Source: Methanomassiliicoccales archaeon (GTDB lineage Archaea > Thermoplasmatota > Thermoplasmata > Methanomassiliicoccales > JACIVX01). Taken from it: a DNA stretch of 64,000 bases. Location of the stretch: the NCBI GenBank assembly GCA_050010535.1, contig JBEKKT010000003.1:1374-65373 (forward strand), written 5' to 3'. Position numbers and translations under genes: made by a program. Shown piece by piece: positions 53,443 through 62,126 of this stretch (position 1 is the first letter of the stretch; every line of letters begins with the position of its first letter). The notes beneath the pieces were generated by a model, which worked only from the letters and a program-made list of their open reading frames with translations, made no database searches and was not told the origin of the DNA.

Positions 53443-54852
53443 ATGGTGATGCATCTGGACCTACTCTTCAATCCGGCAAGCGTTGCGATAGTCGGAGCCT
53501 CTGACCATCCTGGAAAGATCGGCAACACGGTCGTCTTCAATCTTCTGCAGGGCAGCGCTAGAAAGCTCTATCCCGTCAACCCGAACGAAACAGAAGTACT
53601 GGGTCTAAAGTGCTATCCTAGCGTCAAGAGCCTGCCGGAGGTCGTGGACTTGGCAGTCCTCGCGGTGCCTGCGAAGCTAACGGTCGGCGTCGCAAGAGAG
53701 TGCGCTGAGGCCGGCGTACCCTATGTGATATGCATCGCAGCCGGATTCGGTGAGATAGGCGAGGAAGGGAAGGCGATGGAAGAGCGTTTGAGAGAGGCCA
53801 TAAGGGGCAGCGGAACGAGAATAATCGGGCCTAACACAATGGGGATCATCGCTCCGAGGTCCGACCTCGATACCTTCTTCACTCCCAGGGACAGAAGCCC
53901 AAGACCCGGAGATGGAGTCATATCCGTAATCTCGCAGAGCGGTTCTGTTCTCTGCGGAGTCTATGAGGGAGCGGAGGACACCGGGGTCGGACTCTCGACG
54001 GCCATCGGCCTCGGCAACAAGGTCGATCTGAATGAGAATGACTTCATGGAATACTTCAAGGATGATGACCTGACGCGATGCATAGTCCTCTATCTGGAAT
54101 CCTTCACAGACGGCAAGAGATTCCTCGAGTTATGCAAGGAAGTGACGCCAGACAAACCGGTCGTTGCGATCAAGGTCGGAAGGACCGAGAGAGGAGCGAA
54201 GGCCGCATCCTCCCACACTGGCGCCCTTGCGAGAGGTTCGGATGCATTGATAAATGGTGTTTTCAAGCAGTTCGGTATTGAGAGAGCCTACGACGAGCAG
54301 GAACTTCTCGACCACGCGAAAGTGCTTGCGTACCTCGACCATATAGACGGTGACAGGATCGCTGTTCTCAGCAACACCGGCGGTTTCGCGGTCATAGCGA
54401 CCGACTACATCGAATCGAAAGATAATGGCGTTGGGTTGCGGATGGCAACGATAAGCGACCACGCGAAGAAGGAGATCATGAGCAAGACCCAGTACTTCGC
54501 CTCCGCCCAGAACCCTGTGGACCTTACTGGAAGCGTCACCGACGAGACGTACGGTGATGCGCTCGAGATTCTTCAGAAGGAAGAGGACATCGACGCTATT
54601 CTCATACTACTCCAGCTTCAGGCGCCTCAACTCACGGAGGGCCTTGCGGACATCGTGGCAAGGATAGTCAACGAAGGCGGCAAGCCCGCGATTGTCTGCG
54701 CGATCGGCGGCAGCTTCCCAAGGCCGATGCTGAAGAGATTCGAACAGAAGGGGATACCTGCATATAGTTCGCTCAAACGCGCCATATGGTCCCTCAGAGC
54801 CCTCTACGACAGGGGAAAGTACCTCAAGAGAGTCGGCGCACTCAACGAGTAG
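53443..54852 (+). CDS. acdA: acetate--CoA ligase (ADP-forming) alpha subunit
   Basis: LFNPASVAIVGASDHPGKIG is the CoA-binding fold. ISQSGS, and ASSHTGALA with the phosphohistidine loop, are also present. Length is 469 aa. Confidence 0.88.
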   Translation: MVMHLDLLFNPASVAIVGASDHPGKIGNTVVFNLLQGSARKLYPVNPNETEVLGLKCYPSVKSLPEVVDLAVLAVPAKLTVGVARECAEAGVPYVICIAAGFGEIGEEGKAMEERLREAIRGSGTRIIGPNTMGIIAPRSDLDTFFTPRDRSPRPGDGVISVISQSGSVLCGVYEGAEDTGVGLSTAIGLGNKVDLNENDFMEYFKDDDLTRCIVLYLESFTDGKRFLELCKEVTPDKPVVAIKVGRTERGAKAASSHTGALARGSDALINGVFKQFGIERAYDEQELLDHAKVLAYLDHIDGDRIAVLSNTGGFAVIATDYIESKDNGVGLRMATISDHAKKEIMSKTQYFASAQNPVDLTGSVTDETYGDALEILQKEEDIDAILILLQLQAPQLTEGLADIVARIVNEGGKPAIVCAIGGSFPRPMLKRFEQKGIPAYSSLKRAIWSLRALYDRGKYLKRVGALNE

Positions 54853-54905
54853 AGAACGCACAGAAAGTGTCTTAAGCGGAGCATGCAGCTATCGGGACGA
54901 ACCCT

Positions 54906-55343
54906 ATGGACAAGGTCACGAGGATAGGAGTTTCGCTCGAACCAAGGCTTCTGAAGGAATTCGACGACCTCATTGCTGAAAAAAGGTATTCTGCGCGGTC
55001 CGAAGCGATAAGAGACCTTATTCGGGATGCACTCGCGGAGGAGACTTGGGAGAATGAGGAATCGAATGTGGTGGGAACGATCACGCTGTTGTACGAGTAC
55101 GAGAAGGGGGATGTGAGGGAGAGGCTTATTGAAATACAGCACCTCCACCATTCGCAGATATCATCCTCCATGCACATCCATTTGAACACCGAGCAGTGCC
55201 TGGAGGTCCTCGTCGTCTCAGGCAAGGCAGGGGACATGAAGCGGCTGTCCGATGAGCTCCGCAGCGTGCGCGGGGTCCTCCACGGCAAGCTGACCATGAC
55301 CGCCGGGGCAACGGGCACGCATGTGCATGAGGTAACAGATTGA
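54906..55343 (+). CDS. nikR: nickel-responsive transcriptional regulator NikR
   Basis: It has a ribbon-helix-helix N-terminus (RIGVSLEPRLLKEFDDLI..GYSARSEAIRDLIRDAL style). The C-terminal metal domain has HLHHSQ..H.H...C. Confidence 0.88.
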   Translation: MDKVTRIGVSLEPRLLKEFDDLIAEKRYSARSEAIRDLIRDALAEETWENEESNVVGTITLLYEYEKGDVRERLIEIQHLHHSQISSSMHIHLNTEQCLEVLVVSGKAGDMKRLSDELRSVRGVLHGKLTMTAGATGTHVHEVTD

Positions 55344-55449
55344 GAAACATCTAGGAGGCATATCAGCTTTAAGTAAACCAGAAGAAATGCCATCAGGGAG
55401 CAGGATTATCATATCCTATTTATACACAGGTCGCTTTGGACGGGGCTGA

Positions 55450-57738
55450 ATGAAGAAGCTTGTCATAAGCGAGAAGGTCAATGCCGCGGTGCGCATCGCC
55501 ACGATGCTCTCAAATGGATCTCTAAAACGGAGGAATCTTGGCGGTGTCCCGGTATTCCATTTAGAGTCCGGCGACGATGAGGTGGACGTGGTAGGTTTGC
55601 GCGGCCACATCCTGGAGCTCGACTACCCCGAGAATCTGAACGACTGGCACAAGGTCGATCCCGCCGATCTCGTTTACGCCGTCCCAGAGAAGCGAGTCGT
55701 GGCAAAGAACATAATAAGCACACTGAAGAAGCTTGCAAGCGAGTGTGACCAGGTCATCATCGCCACCGACTACGACAGAGAGGGGGAACTAATCGGACTT
55801 GAGACCGTCGATCAACTGGGCGTGGACCTTTCGAAGGTCAGTAGGGCCAGGTTTAGTGCGTTGACCAAGCAGGAGATTGACATCGCGTTCTCCTCCCTGA
55901 CCGAGCCAGACAAGAAGCTCGCTGAGTCCGCGGAATGCAGGCAGATAGTCGATCTCGCCTGGGGAGCATCCCTGACGAGATTCATTTCGATCGCCTCAAG
56001 ACAGGTCGGCACGAACTTCCTATCAGTAGGGAGGGTCCAAAGCCCCACTCTGAGTCTCATCGTGGACAGGAACAAGGAGATCGCCGAGTTCATCAAGAAA
56101 CCATACTGGGAAGTACAAGCCAGATTTGAGAAGAACGGCCAGTTCAGCGGTCAGCATCGAGGGAATCCTTTTTGGGAATTGAAGGCGGCTGAGAAGGTTG
56201 TCTCGACATGTGAAGAATCGAAGACAGGGAAGGTCGTGTCATTCAGCAGGGATGCGAGAGACGAGTATCCTCCGCCACCGTTCAACACGACGATGATGCT
56301 CGCTGAGGCGAACAAACTCGGATTCTCGGCAAGCAGGGCAATGAGCGTGGCCGAGGACCTATACACATCTGGATTCACATCCTATCCGAGGACAGATAAT
56401 ACGGTCTACCCGAGATCCCTATCTCTCCGAGGAGTCCTTGAGCAACTCAAGAAGTCTGAGTTCAGCAAGGAAGCGGAGGAGCTGCTCTCGCAGAAGCAGT
56501 TGCGTCCATCGAGAGGAAGAGTGAGGGCGACGGATCATCCTCCGATTTACCCTGTGGAGGGGGCAACAAAGAAGCTGTTGAAGGGGGACAGATGGACGCT
56601 ATATGAATTGATCGCGAGACGATTTATGGCCACGGTCGCCCCTTCTGCCCGTATCGAGCACACGAATTGCTCAGTGTCGGTCGAAGATCAACCTTTTGAT
56701 TCGAAGGGTTACAGGATTCTGTCGCAAGGATGGCGGAGCTACTATCCATACTATCGAGTCTTGGAGATCATCGTGCCTCAGCTTCAGGACGGAGACGAGG
56801 TCACGGTCTTAGACGTGTCCCTCGACAAGAGAGAAACCCAGCCTCCCTCCAGATACTCCCAGGGCACGTTGATTCAAGAGATGGAGAACCTTGGTCTCGG
56901 CACCAAGAGCACAAGGCACGAGATTGTCCAGAAACTCTATGATCGCAACTACGTCCAGGGCGGCAATCTCATTCCAACTCCGAGCGGGGTCGCCGTCGCG
57001 AGCTCACTAGAGAAGCACGCCAACATGATAACGGACAGCAAGATGACCGCCCACCTGGAGAAAGACATGGATGACATAGCCAAGGGCGAGAGTACGCTAG
57101 GGGACGTCGTGAGGGAATCCCAGGACATGCTTTCAGACGTAATCGAGACGATGGGACAGCACAAGGATGAGATTGGAAAGGAAATCAGAAAAGCACTTGA
57201 AGAGCAACAATACGTTGGCATATGCCCAGACTGCGGCGGAAGGCTTAGGATGATGCGGTCGCGGAAAGGTGGCGAGTTCATCGGTTGCTCCAACTACCCA
57301 GATTGCAAGAAGGCCTATCCGAAGCCACGCGGCGCTCTTGTCCAGCCGACCGAAGAAAAGTGCGAGGTGTGCGGTTCTCCGAAGCTGAGGGTCATCAGGA
57401 GGGGGCAGCCCCCACTCATTCACTGCGTAGACCCTGACTGTGAGAGCAACAAGAGGATGACCTCGATAGGGAAGTGCCCGAAATGCGGGAGCGAACTGCG
57501 CATAATTTATTCCAAGGCGGGGAAGCGGTTTATCGGATGCTCGAACTATCCAAAATGCAGGAAAACATACCCGCTTCCGCAGAGAGGAAGGATTAGCGTC
57601 TTGAACGAATCCTGCAATGCGTGCGGGGCCCCGATGATCGAGGTGAGGAATGGCGGGCGTTCCTGGCGACTGTGCGTCGACATGGAATGTGCTTCGAAGA
57701 AGAATGGGACAGCAAGGACCGGGAAGAGTCAGAAGTAG
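55450..57738 (+). CDS. topA: DNA topoisomerase I (type IA) with C-terminal zinc ribbons
   Basis: The Toprim motif IIATDYDREGE is present, with the catalytic Tyr region SGFTSYPRTDN. At least four C4 zinc-finger repeats follow (CPDCGG..C..C, CEVCGS, CPKCGS, CNACGA). Length is 762 aa. Confidence 0.93.
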   Translation: MKKLVISEKVNAAVRIATMLSNGSLKRRNLGGVPVFHLESGDDEVDVVGLRGHILELDYPENLNDWHKVDPADLVYAVPEKRVVAKNIISTLKKLASECDQVIIATDYDREGELIGLETVDQLGVDLSKVSRARFSALTKQEIDIAFSSLTEPDKKLAESAECRQIVDLAWGASLTRFISIASRQVGTNFLSVGRVQSPTLSLIVDRNKEIAEFIKKPYWEVQARFEKNGQFSGQHRGNPFWELKAAEKVVSTCEESKTGKVVSFSRDARDEYPPPPFNTTMMLAEANKLGFSASRAMSVAEDLYTSGFTSYPRTDNTVYPRSLSLRGVLEQLKKSEFSKEAEELLSQKQLRPSRGRVRATDHPPIYPVEGATKKLLKGDRWTLYELIARRFMATVAPSARIEHTNCSVSVEDQPFDSKGYRILSQGWRSYYPYYRVLEIIVPQLQDGDEVTVLDVSLDKRETQPPSRYSQGTLIQEMENLGLGTKSTRHEIVQKLYDRNYVQGGNLIPTPSGVAVASSLEKHANMITDSKMTAHLEKDMDDIAKGESTLGDVVRESQDMLSDVIETMGQHKDEIGKEIRKALEEQQYVGICPDCGGRLRMMRSRKGGEFIGCSNYPDCKKAYPKPRGALVQPTEEKCEVCGSPKLRVIRRGQPPLIHCVDPDCESNKRMTSIGKCPKCGSELRIIYSKAGKRFIGCSNYPKCRKTYPLPQRGRISVLNESCNACGAPMIEVRNGGRSWRLCVDMECASKKNGTARTGKSQK

Positions 57739-57740
57739 TG

Positions 57741-58010
57741 TCAGGCTTCGATCCTCGACAGCCTGAAGACGACCGGATTCCTCGGATCGATGCAACAGCA
57801 ATGGACGACCCCTTCTTCCTCCTCGAACTCCTTGAAGTCCCCTCCGAACCTCAGGGCCGTCACAAAAGGAAATATGACATACGTCGCCCAAACGCAAAGG
57901 TCGGTAGGCGGGAAGGCGCCGAACTCGAATGTGTCCCCTATCTTAATTCCCATGGGGCACTTGCCTGACCCATTTATTTCAACGACTTCCACCTTGACGT
58001 TGCAGGACAT
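57741..58010 (-). CDS. TIGR04076-family small protein
   Basis: From ATG 58010 the sequence is MSCNVKVEVVEINGSGKCPMGIKIGDTFEF...PTDLCVWATYVIFPFVTALRFGG...HCCCIDPRNPVVFRLSR. This matches my memory of the TIGR04076 pattern. The longer track ORF start at 58160 overlaps the radical SAM gene and is rejected. Confidence 0.65.
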   Translation of the reverse strand: MSCNVKVEVVEINGSGKCPMGIKIGDTFEFGAFPPTDLCVWATYVIFPFVTALRFGGDFKEFEEEEGVVHCCCIDPRNPVVFRLSRIEA

Positions 58011-58015
58011 GATGC

Positions 58016-59452
58016 TCACGACGATTTTTCCTCTACGTCCTTGATGATTTCGTTGTAGTACGCGACGTTGTTGATGCATCCCGGGTCCGGAGCCTTGTAG
58101 TTTCCGAAGTAACCGTAAGCACGGGCCCTGCAACCTCCGCAATGGTAGCGGTAGTCGCAACTCCTACAGTTGTCCTCGAGGATGTCCTTGTTGCGAAGTT
58201 CCGCGAACACCTTGTTGTTCCTCCAGATGTCCTCGATGTCGTCTGTGCGGACGTTTCCGACCCTCAGCGGGAAGAAGACGCACGGCTCGATGTTCCCATT
58301 CGCACGTATCGCCATGTAGAAGCGGCCTGCGCCACATCCTCCTATGAACTCCGTGAGACTGAAGAGGCTCCCGTCGACCTGGGGGTTCGAGAAGTGAGTC
58401 GGAACGACCAACGGTCCGCCTTCTCCGCAATTCTGGAGAGCGATCCTAGCATACTGGGGCGCGGTCGTGAGTATCTCAACGTCGGTCTCCTTGAGCTTAT
58501 TGAACAACATGACCAGGAGGTCCTCCCTCTCCTGCGGGGAAAGATCGTTCTCGATGATCAATTTCCCACGTCCGGTTGGGACGAAGTTGTAGACCATGAA
58601 CCAATTGACTCCTAGAGAGTCGCACAGGTCGATTATCTTCGGGATCTGGGTCAGGTTCTTCTTCGTCGCCGTCGTTGCAACGCTAACAAAGAACCCCTCA
58701 GCAACAGCATTCTTGACACCCTGGATGGTCTTGTCGAAGGCACCAGGTATCCCTCTGAAATTGTCGTGAGTAGCCGCATCTGCGCCATCGACGCTTATCT
58801 GCAGATAAGACACGCCGGCTTCTTTCATCCGCCGTGCCTTCTCCTTCGTTATGAGCGTCCCGTTGGTCGCAATCGAGACGTACATACCATGGTCTGCGCC
58901 GCGCCTGGCTATATCTAGTATGTCAGGGCGGACCAGGGGCTCACCACCAGACAAAGCGAGTACTGGAATGCCCATAGTAGCGAGTTTGTCGACGACTCTC
59001 AAGGCCTCTTCGTGCGTTAGCTCGTCCCCGCTGACCTTTCCTGCCTGGGCGTAACAGTGCTGGCATTTGAGGTTGCACGCATTGGTTACATCCCATACGA
59101 CCTGGAATGGGGCACCAGGAACGAACGGCTTTTTGACCCCGAAGTCCGCTATTCCTTTGACCACGCAAGAAAGACCTTTGCGCCAGTAGGGATTCTTGAA
59201 AGTCTTCTTCATCTCCTCTTCGGTCACCCCAAAGGACTTCGCGCCCCTTTTCAGGATCGATGCCAGAGGTTTCTTGGCGATCTTGCAATACGTGCAAGCG
59301 TCATCCCTCTCGCCAACATAGAGCTCAAGGGCGACCTCCAGTCGGTTCTTCTTATCGGTCTCGCAATACTTGCTCATCCCCGAAAGCACCTTACGAGTGA
59401 CAGGGTTCCCGATCATCGTTTTTAGGACCTGTACACTTGTGCCAGTCTTCAT
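58016..59452 (-). CDS. radical SAM/SPASM domain protein with a ~110-aa Cys-containing N-terminal extension
   Basis: It has VWDVTNACNLKCQHCYA (CxxxCxxC), NFVPTGRG and a canonical SPASM end (GGCGAGRFYMAIRANGNIEPCVF...CRSCDYRYHCGGCRARAY...DPGC). The N-terminal region has CETD...CTYC. Length is 478 aa. Confidence 0.85.
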   Translation of the reverse strand: MKTGTSVQVLKTMIGNPVTRKVLSGMSKYCETDKKNRLEVALELYVGERDDACTYCKIAKKPLASILKRGAKSFGVTEEEMKKTFKNPYWRKGLSCVVKGIADFGVKKPFVPGAPFQVVWDVTNACNLKCQHCYAQAGKVSGDELTHEEALRVVDKLATMGIPVLALSGGEPLVRPDILDIARRGADHGMYVSIATNGTLITKEKARRMKEAGVSYLQISVDGADAATHDNFRGIPGAFDKTIQGVKNAVAEGFFVSVATTATKKNLTQIPKIIDLCDSLGVNWFMVYNFVPTGRGKLIIENDLSPQEREDLLVMLFNKLKETDVEILTTAPQYARIALQNCGEGGPLVVPTHFSNPQVDGSLFSLTEFIGGCGAGRFYMAIRANGNIEPCVFFPLRVGNVRTDDIEDIWRNNKVFAELRNKDILEDNCRSCDYRYHCGGCRARAYGYFGNYKAPDPGCINNVAYYNEIIKDVEEKSS

Positions 59453-59711
59453 CTGATTTCACATCCCCACGCAAGCGATTAGGACCATGAGTCTTCCCTG
59501 CAATCCATTTATTAGACATGAACTCAGCCGTTTGGCAGCGGTGAGAATACCTTCAGTTTTCTATATATTACTTTTGGGCGTACAGGATAAATATGAACAA
59601 CTGGCACTGCTGAAAAGACGATCTCAGAATACATTGAATGACATTCTGACGTGAAAGCAAAGAGACCGCATTCTGGACTCACTGCCGCAAGTGCCCAGAC
59701 GTCCAGTGACG

Positions 59712-60170
59712 TCAATGAGTCTCATGCTGATCTTCATGAGCATGTTCGCGCACATGCTCATGTTCGTGCTCATGCTCGACGGCCAGATCTTCGATCTCGA
59801 CGAAGGAATCTGTGCCCGCCAGAACGGTATCCGAAGCCCGTACCACGACATCCTCAATCTTAGACCTATCAAGCCCATAGACCAACACATTGAGCACAAG
59901 GTCCAGACGGCGGGCCTCTCCTCCAAATTCGCCCTTGCATCTCACCTTCCCGCTCGAATCAGTAGCGCTGCAGGTGACAAACCCTCCCTTGCCAGCTTCC
60001 GCGATGCACTTTATGTGGCCGACCAGAGTCGCCCCTGCCTCACCACAACCTATGGCCGTCGTTGACATGAAGTCCTGCGCCAGCTGCCGGAGTTCGGTCG
60101 CGCTTCTTGGCCTCTTGAAGCGGGCATGAATCCGACCGGCATACGCGGCGAAGTCAGGCGTGTACATCAT
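59712..60170 (-). CDS. CobW_C-like protein with a His/Glu-rich C-terminal tail
   Basis: The 152-aa ORF ends in EHEHEHEHVREHAHEDQHETH. The body (GHIKCIAEAGKGG...RLDLVLNVLVYGLDRSKIEDVV) resembles the C-terminal domain of COG0523 proteins. Its ATG overlaps the stop of the upstream GTPase gene (ATGATG/TGA). Confidence 0.6.
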   Translation of the reverse strand: MMYTPDFAAYAGRIHARFKRPRSATELRQLAQDFMSTTAIGCGEAGATLVGHIKCIAEAGKGGFVTCSATDSSGKVRCKGEFGGEARRLDLVLNVLVYGLDRSKIEDVVVRASDTVLAGTDSFVEIEDLAVEHEHEHEHVREHAHEDQHETH

Positions 60171-60763
60171 TTCACCAGCAAGTCGACAACCTTGTCGAGG
60201 TTCGTTCCCTCAGTCGCCGAGGCCGCGACTATGCTACCAGACACGTGAAGATTCCTGAGAGCTCTCTCAATATCCTTGACAGCGAGGTCGTCGACCTCAT
60301 CGATCTTGTTAATTATTACGACATCCGCGGCCTTAACCTGTGCCTTCAGAGGTCTTTCCAGCGCCTTCACGAGTACTGAGAACCGAACAGAATCTACTAT
60401 TACGACTGTCTTCGTCTTCGCTACCGGGGGGCCCGTGTAGTAGCCCAGAGAGTTCAAGATGCTCTGGGGATCCGCTATCCCAGTAGGCTCGACGATGACG
60501 ATGTCCGGCTTGAAATTCTCTGCGACCTGTTTCAAAGTCTGGATGAAATCTGGACCAAGAGTGCAACAGATGCAGCCGCTGGAGAGCTCCTGCACCTTCA
60601 GGCCGTACTTATCCATCACCTTGCCATCAATGCCAATCTTCCCAAAATCGTTGACTATTATGGCGACCTTCTTGTTTGATTTCCCAATAAGCTTTCCTAT
60701 TGTCGAAAGAATCATCGTTGTTTTTCCAGAGCCTAGGAATCCTGCAATCACCAATACGTCCAT
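60167..60763 (-). CDS. COG0523 (CobW/YjiA-type) G3E GTPase, GTPase domain only
   Basis: It has Walker A (GFLGSGKTT), the metal-binding GCICCTL (CxCC), EPTGIADP, and NKID. At 198 aa it lacks the usual C-terminal domain. Confidence 0.85.
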   Translation of the reverse strand: MDVLVIAGFLGSGKTTMILSTIGKLIGKSNKKVAIIVNDFGKIGIDGKVMDKYGLKVQELSSGCICCTLGPDFIQTLKQVAENFKPDIVIVEPTGIADPQSILNSLGYYTGPPVAKTKTVVIVDSVRFSVLVKALERPLKAQVKAADVVIINKIDEVDDLAVKDIERALRNLHVSGSIVAASATEGTNLDKVVDLLVK

Positions 60764-60864
60764 GGCAACACCTGCAGCATCGAGGAACGAGTCGTGGTGG
60801 AGGCAATTTGCACTCCGTATACATAAAGCTAGTTCTCCTCAGATCCGACCATTGCCGCATTTTC

Positions 60865-60960
60865 GGAACTTCAAAATCGGATCCAGAGCGGTCTGATGCT
60901 TAGTGAGCGCCCGACAGTCGTACTGTCTGGCACCGAGGAAGTTCGAAATCGGATTCAGAG
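60865..60960. repeat. two 24-nt imperfect direct repeats flanking a short palindrome, in the spacer between the corrinoid protein and GTPase genes
   Basis: GGAACTTCAAAATCGGATCCAGAG (60865..60888) and GGAAGTTCGAAATCGGATTCAGAG (60937..60960) match at 21 of 24 positions. Between them lies GACAGT-CGT-ACTGTC (60913..60927). Confidence 0.6.
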
Positions 60961-61035
60961 TTCAATGAGCATTCTATCCGGTTTCACAAAGCTACGGACC
61001 GTCCCAACAATTTCCTGCTGAGTCATCTCAGCCAT

Positions 61036-61674
61036 CTACTGCACCCCCAGAGCTCTCTTTATGACATCAGCGCCTTCAAAGGCATTCTTGCCGTACAGGT
61101 CTCCTCCGATCTCCTTGACATAAGTCTTGTCGACCGGAGCTCCACCGCAAATTACCTTCACTTCCCCTCGAATCCCGTCCTCTACAAGCCGGTCGATCAC
61201 TTTCTTCAAGTTTACCATCGTAGTCGTGATGAGTGTGGACATGCCGATGACGTCCGCACCGGACGACTTCGCCGCTGATGAGAAGGTCGAGGGCTTGACA
61301 TCGTTGCCTAGGTCGACAACGTTGAAGCCGCTAACCTCTAACGCCACACACGCAAGATTCTTTCCAAGATCGTGGATGTCCCCTTCGACAGTGCCCATGA
61401 CTGCCGTCCCGATCTTCTTATCAGTCGCTTTGAAGTGAGGCCTCACCATTTCCATCGCTTTCTTGAAAGCGTTCGCAGCAACGATTACGTCGACCAAGAA
61501 GGCCTCGCCTTTCGCGAATCTCTCTCCAATTACGTCCATTCCCGGGGCGAGTCCTTTCTCGATAATTTCGATTGGAGACTTCTTCTCGGCATTCAGGGCC
61601 TTGTCGACGATTGATGTTACAACTTTGACATTGCCAACAATAACCGCATTAGCCAGGTCTCTGTAATTCACCAT
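61036..61674 (-). CDS. cobalamin-binding corrinoid protein (MtaC/MtbC/MttC-like)
   Basis: From ATG 61674 the sequence opens MVNYRDLANAVIVGN, an N-terminal helical cap. The B12-binding DxHxxG motif is GDIHDLGKN, with MSTLITTT and VKVICGGAP. The 61758 start in the track runs through a homopolymer leader and is not favoured. Confidence 0.85.
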   Translation of the reverse strand: MVNYRDLANAVIVGNVKVVTSIVDKALNAEKKSPIEIIEKGLAPGMDVIGERFAKGEAFLVDVIVAANAFKKAMEMVRPHFKATDKKIGTAVMGTVEGDIHDLGKNLACVALEVSGFNVVDLGNDVKPSTFSSAAKSSGADVIGMSTLITTTMVNLKKVIDRLVEDGIRGEVKVICGGAPVDKTYVKEIGGDLYGKNAFEGADVIKRALGVQ

Positions 61675-62126
61675 ATTATCCCTTTCCTTCCCCCCCCCAC
61701 CAGATGGCACATGTGTAGGCCGGGTCCAGAGATGATCGGCCAGACGATTCACTGGCATTGGCCACTGAGGGGCTTGTGATTGTCTTAATGAACCCTCACC
61801 TTTATTCTATGTAGTCCCCAAATTCCCCCAAGCATATATATTATGCACTTTCCTCCAGAGTCTGGTCTGGCAGATCGTCCAATAGAAAGGCGACCAATTC
61901 CATCACACGGACTGGATTTGATTCAGAGGATCGCGCGAGGAATGTTGCCTACGAAAAAACGACTTCGGCACCCATTAAAAGATTTGATGGTAAGGACAAC
62001 ACAAATGGGGGCCATATGTACTTGAGGGAGAGGACCTACTCCATTGAAGGACGCGATATACCAAGACAATCAAACAAGATCAAAATGAACTAGGGAACTC
62101 CAAGGCATACCAGAGGTCTGAAAAAC

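Noticed and set aside
59715-59790. Repetitive CATGCTCATGTTCGTG-type DNA as a tandem repeat or microsatellite element.
   Set aside because: It is simply the coding sequence of the (Glu-His)n tail of the 152-aa protein on the minus strand. There is no repeat unit structure beyond that imposed by the codons.
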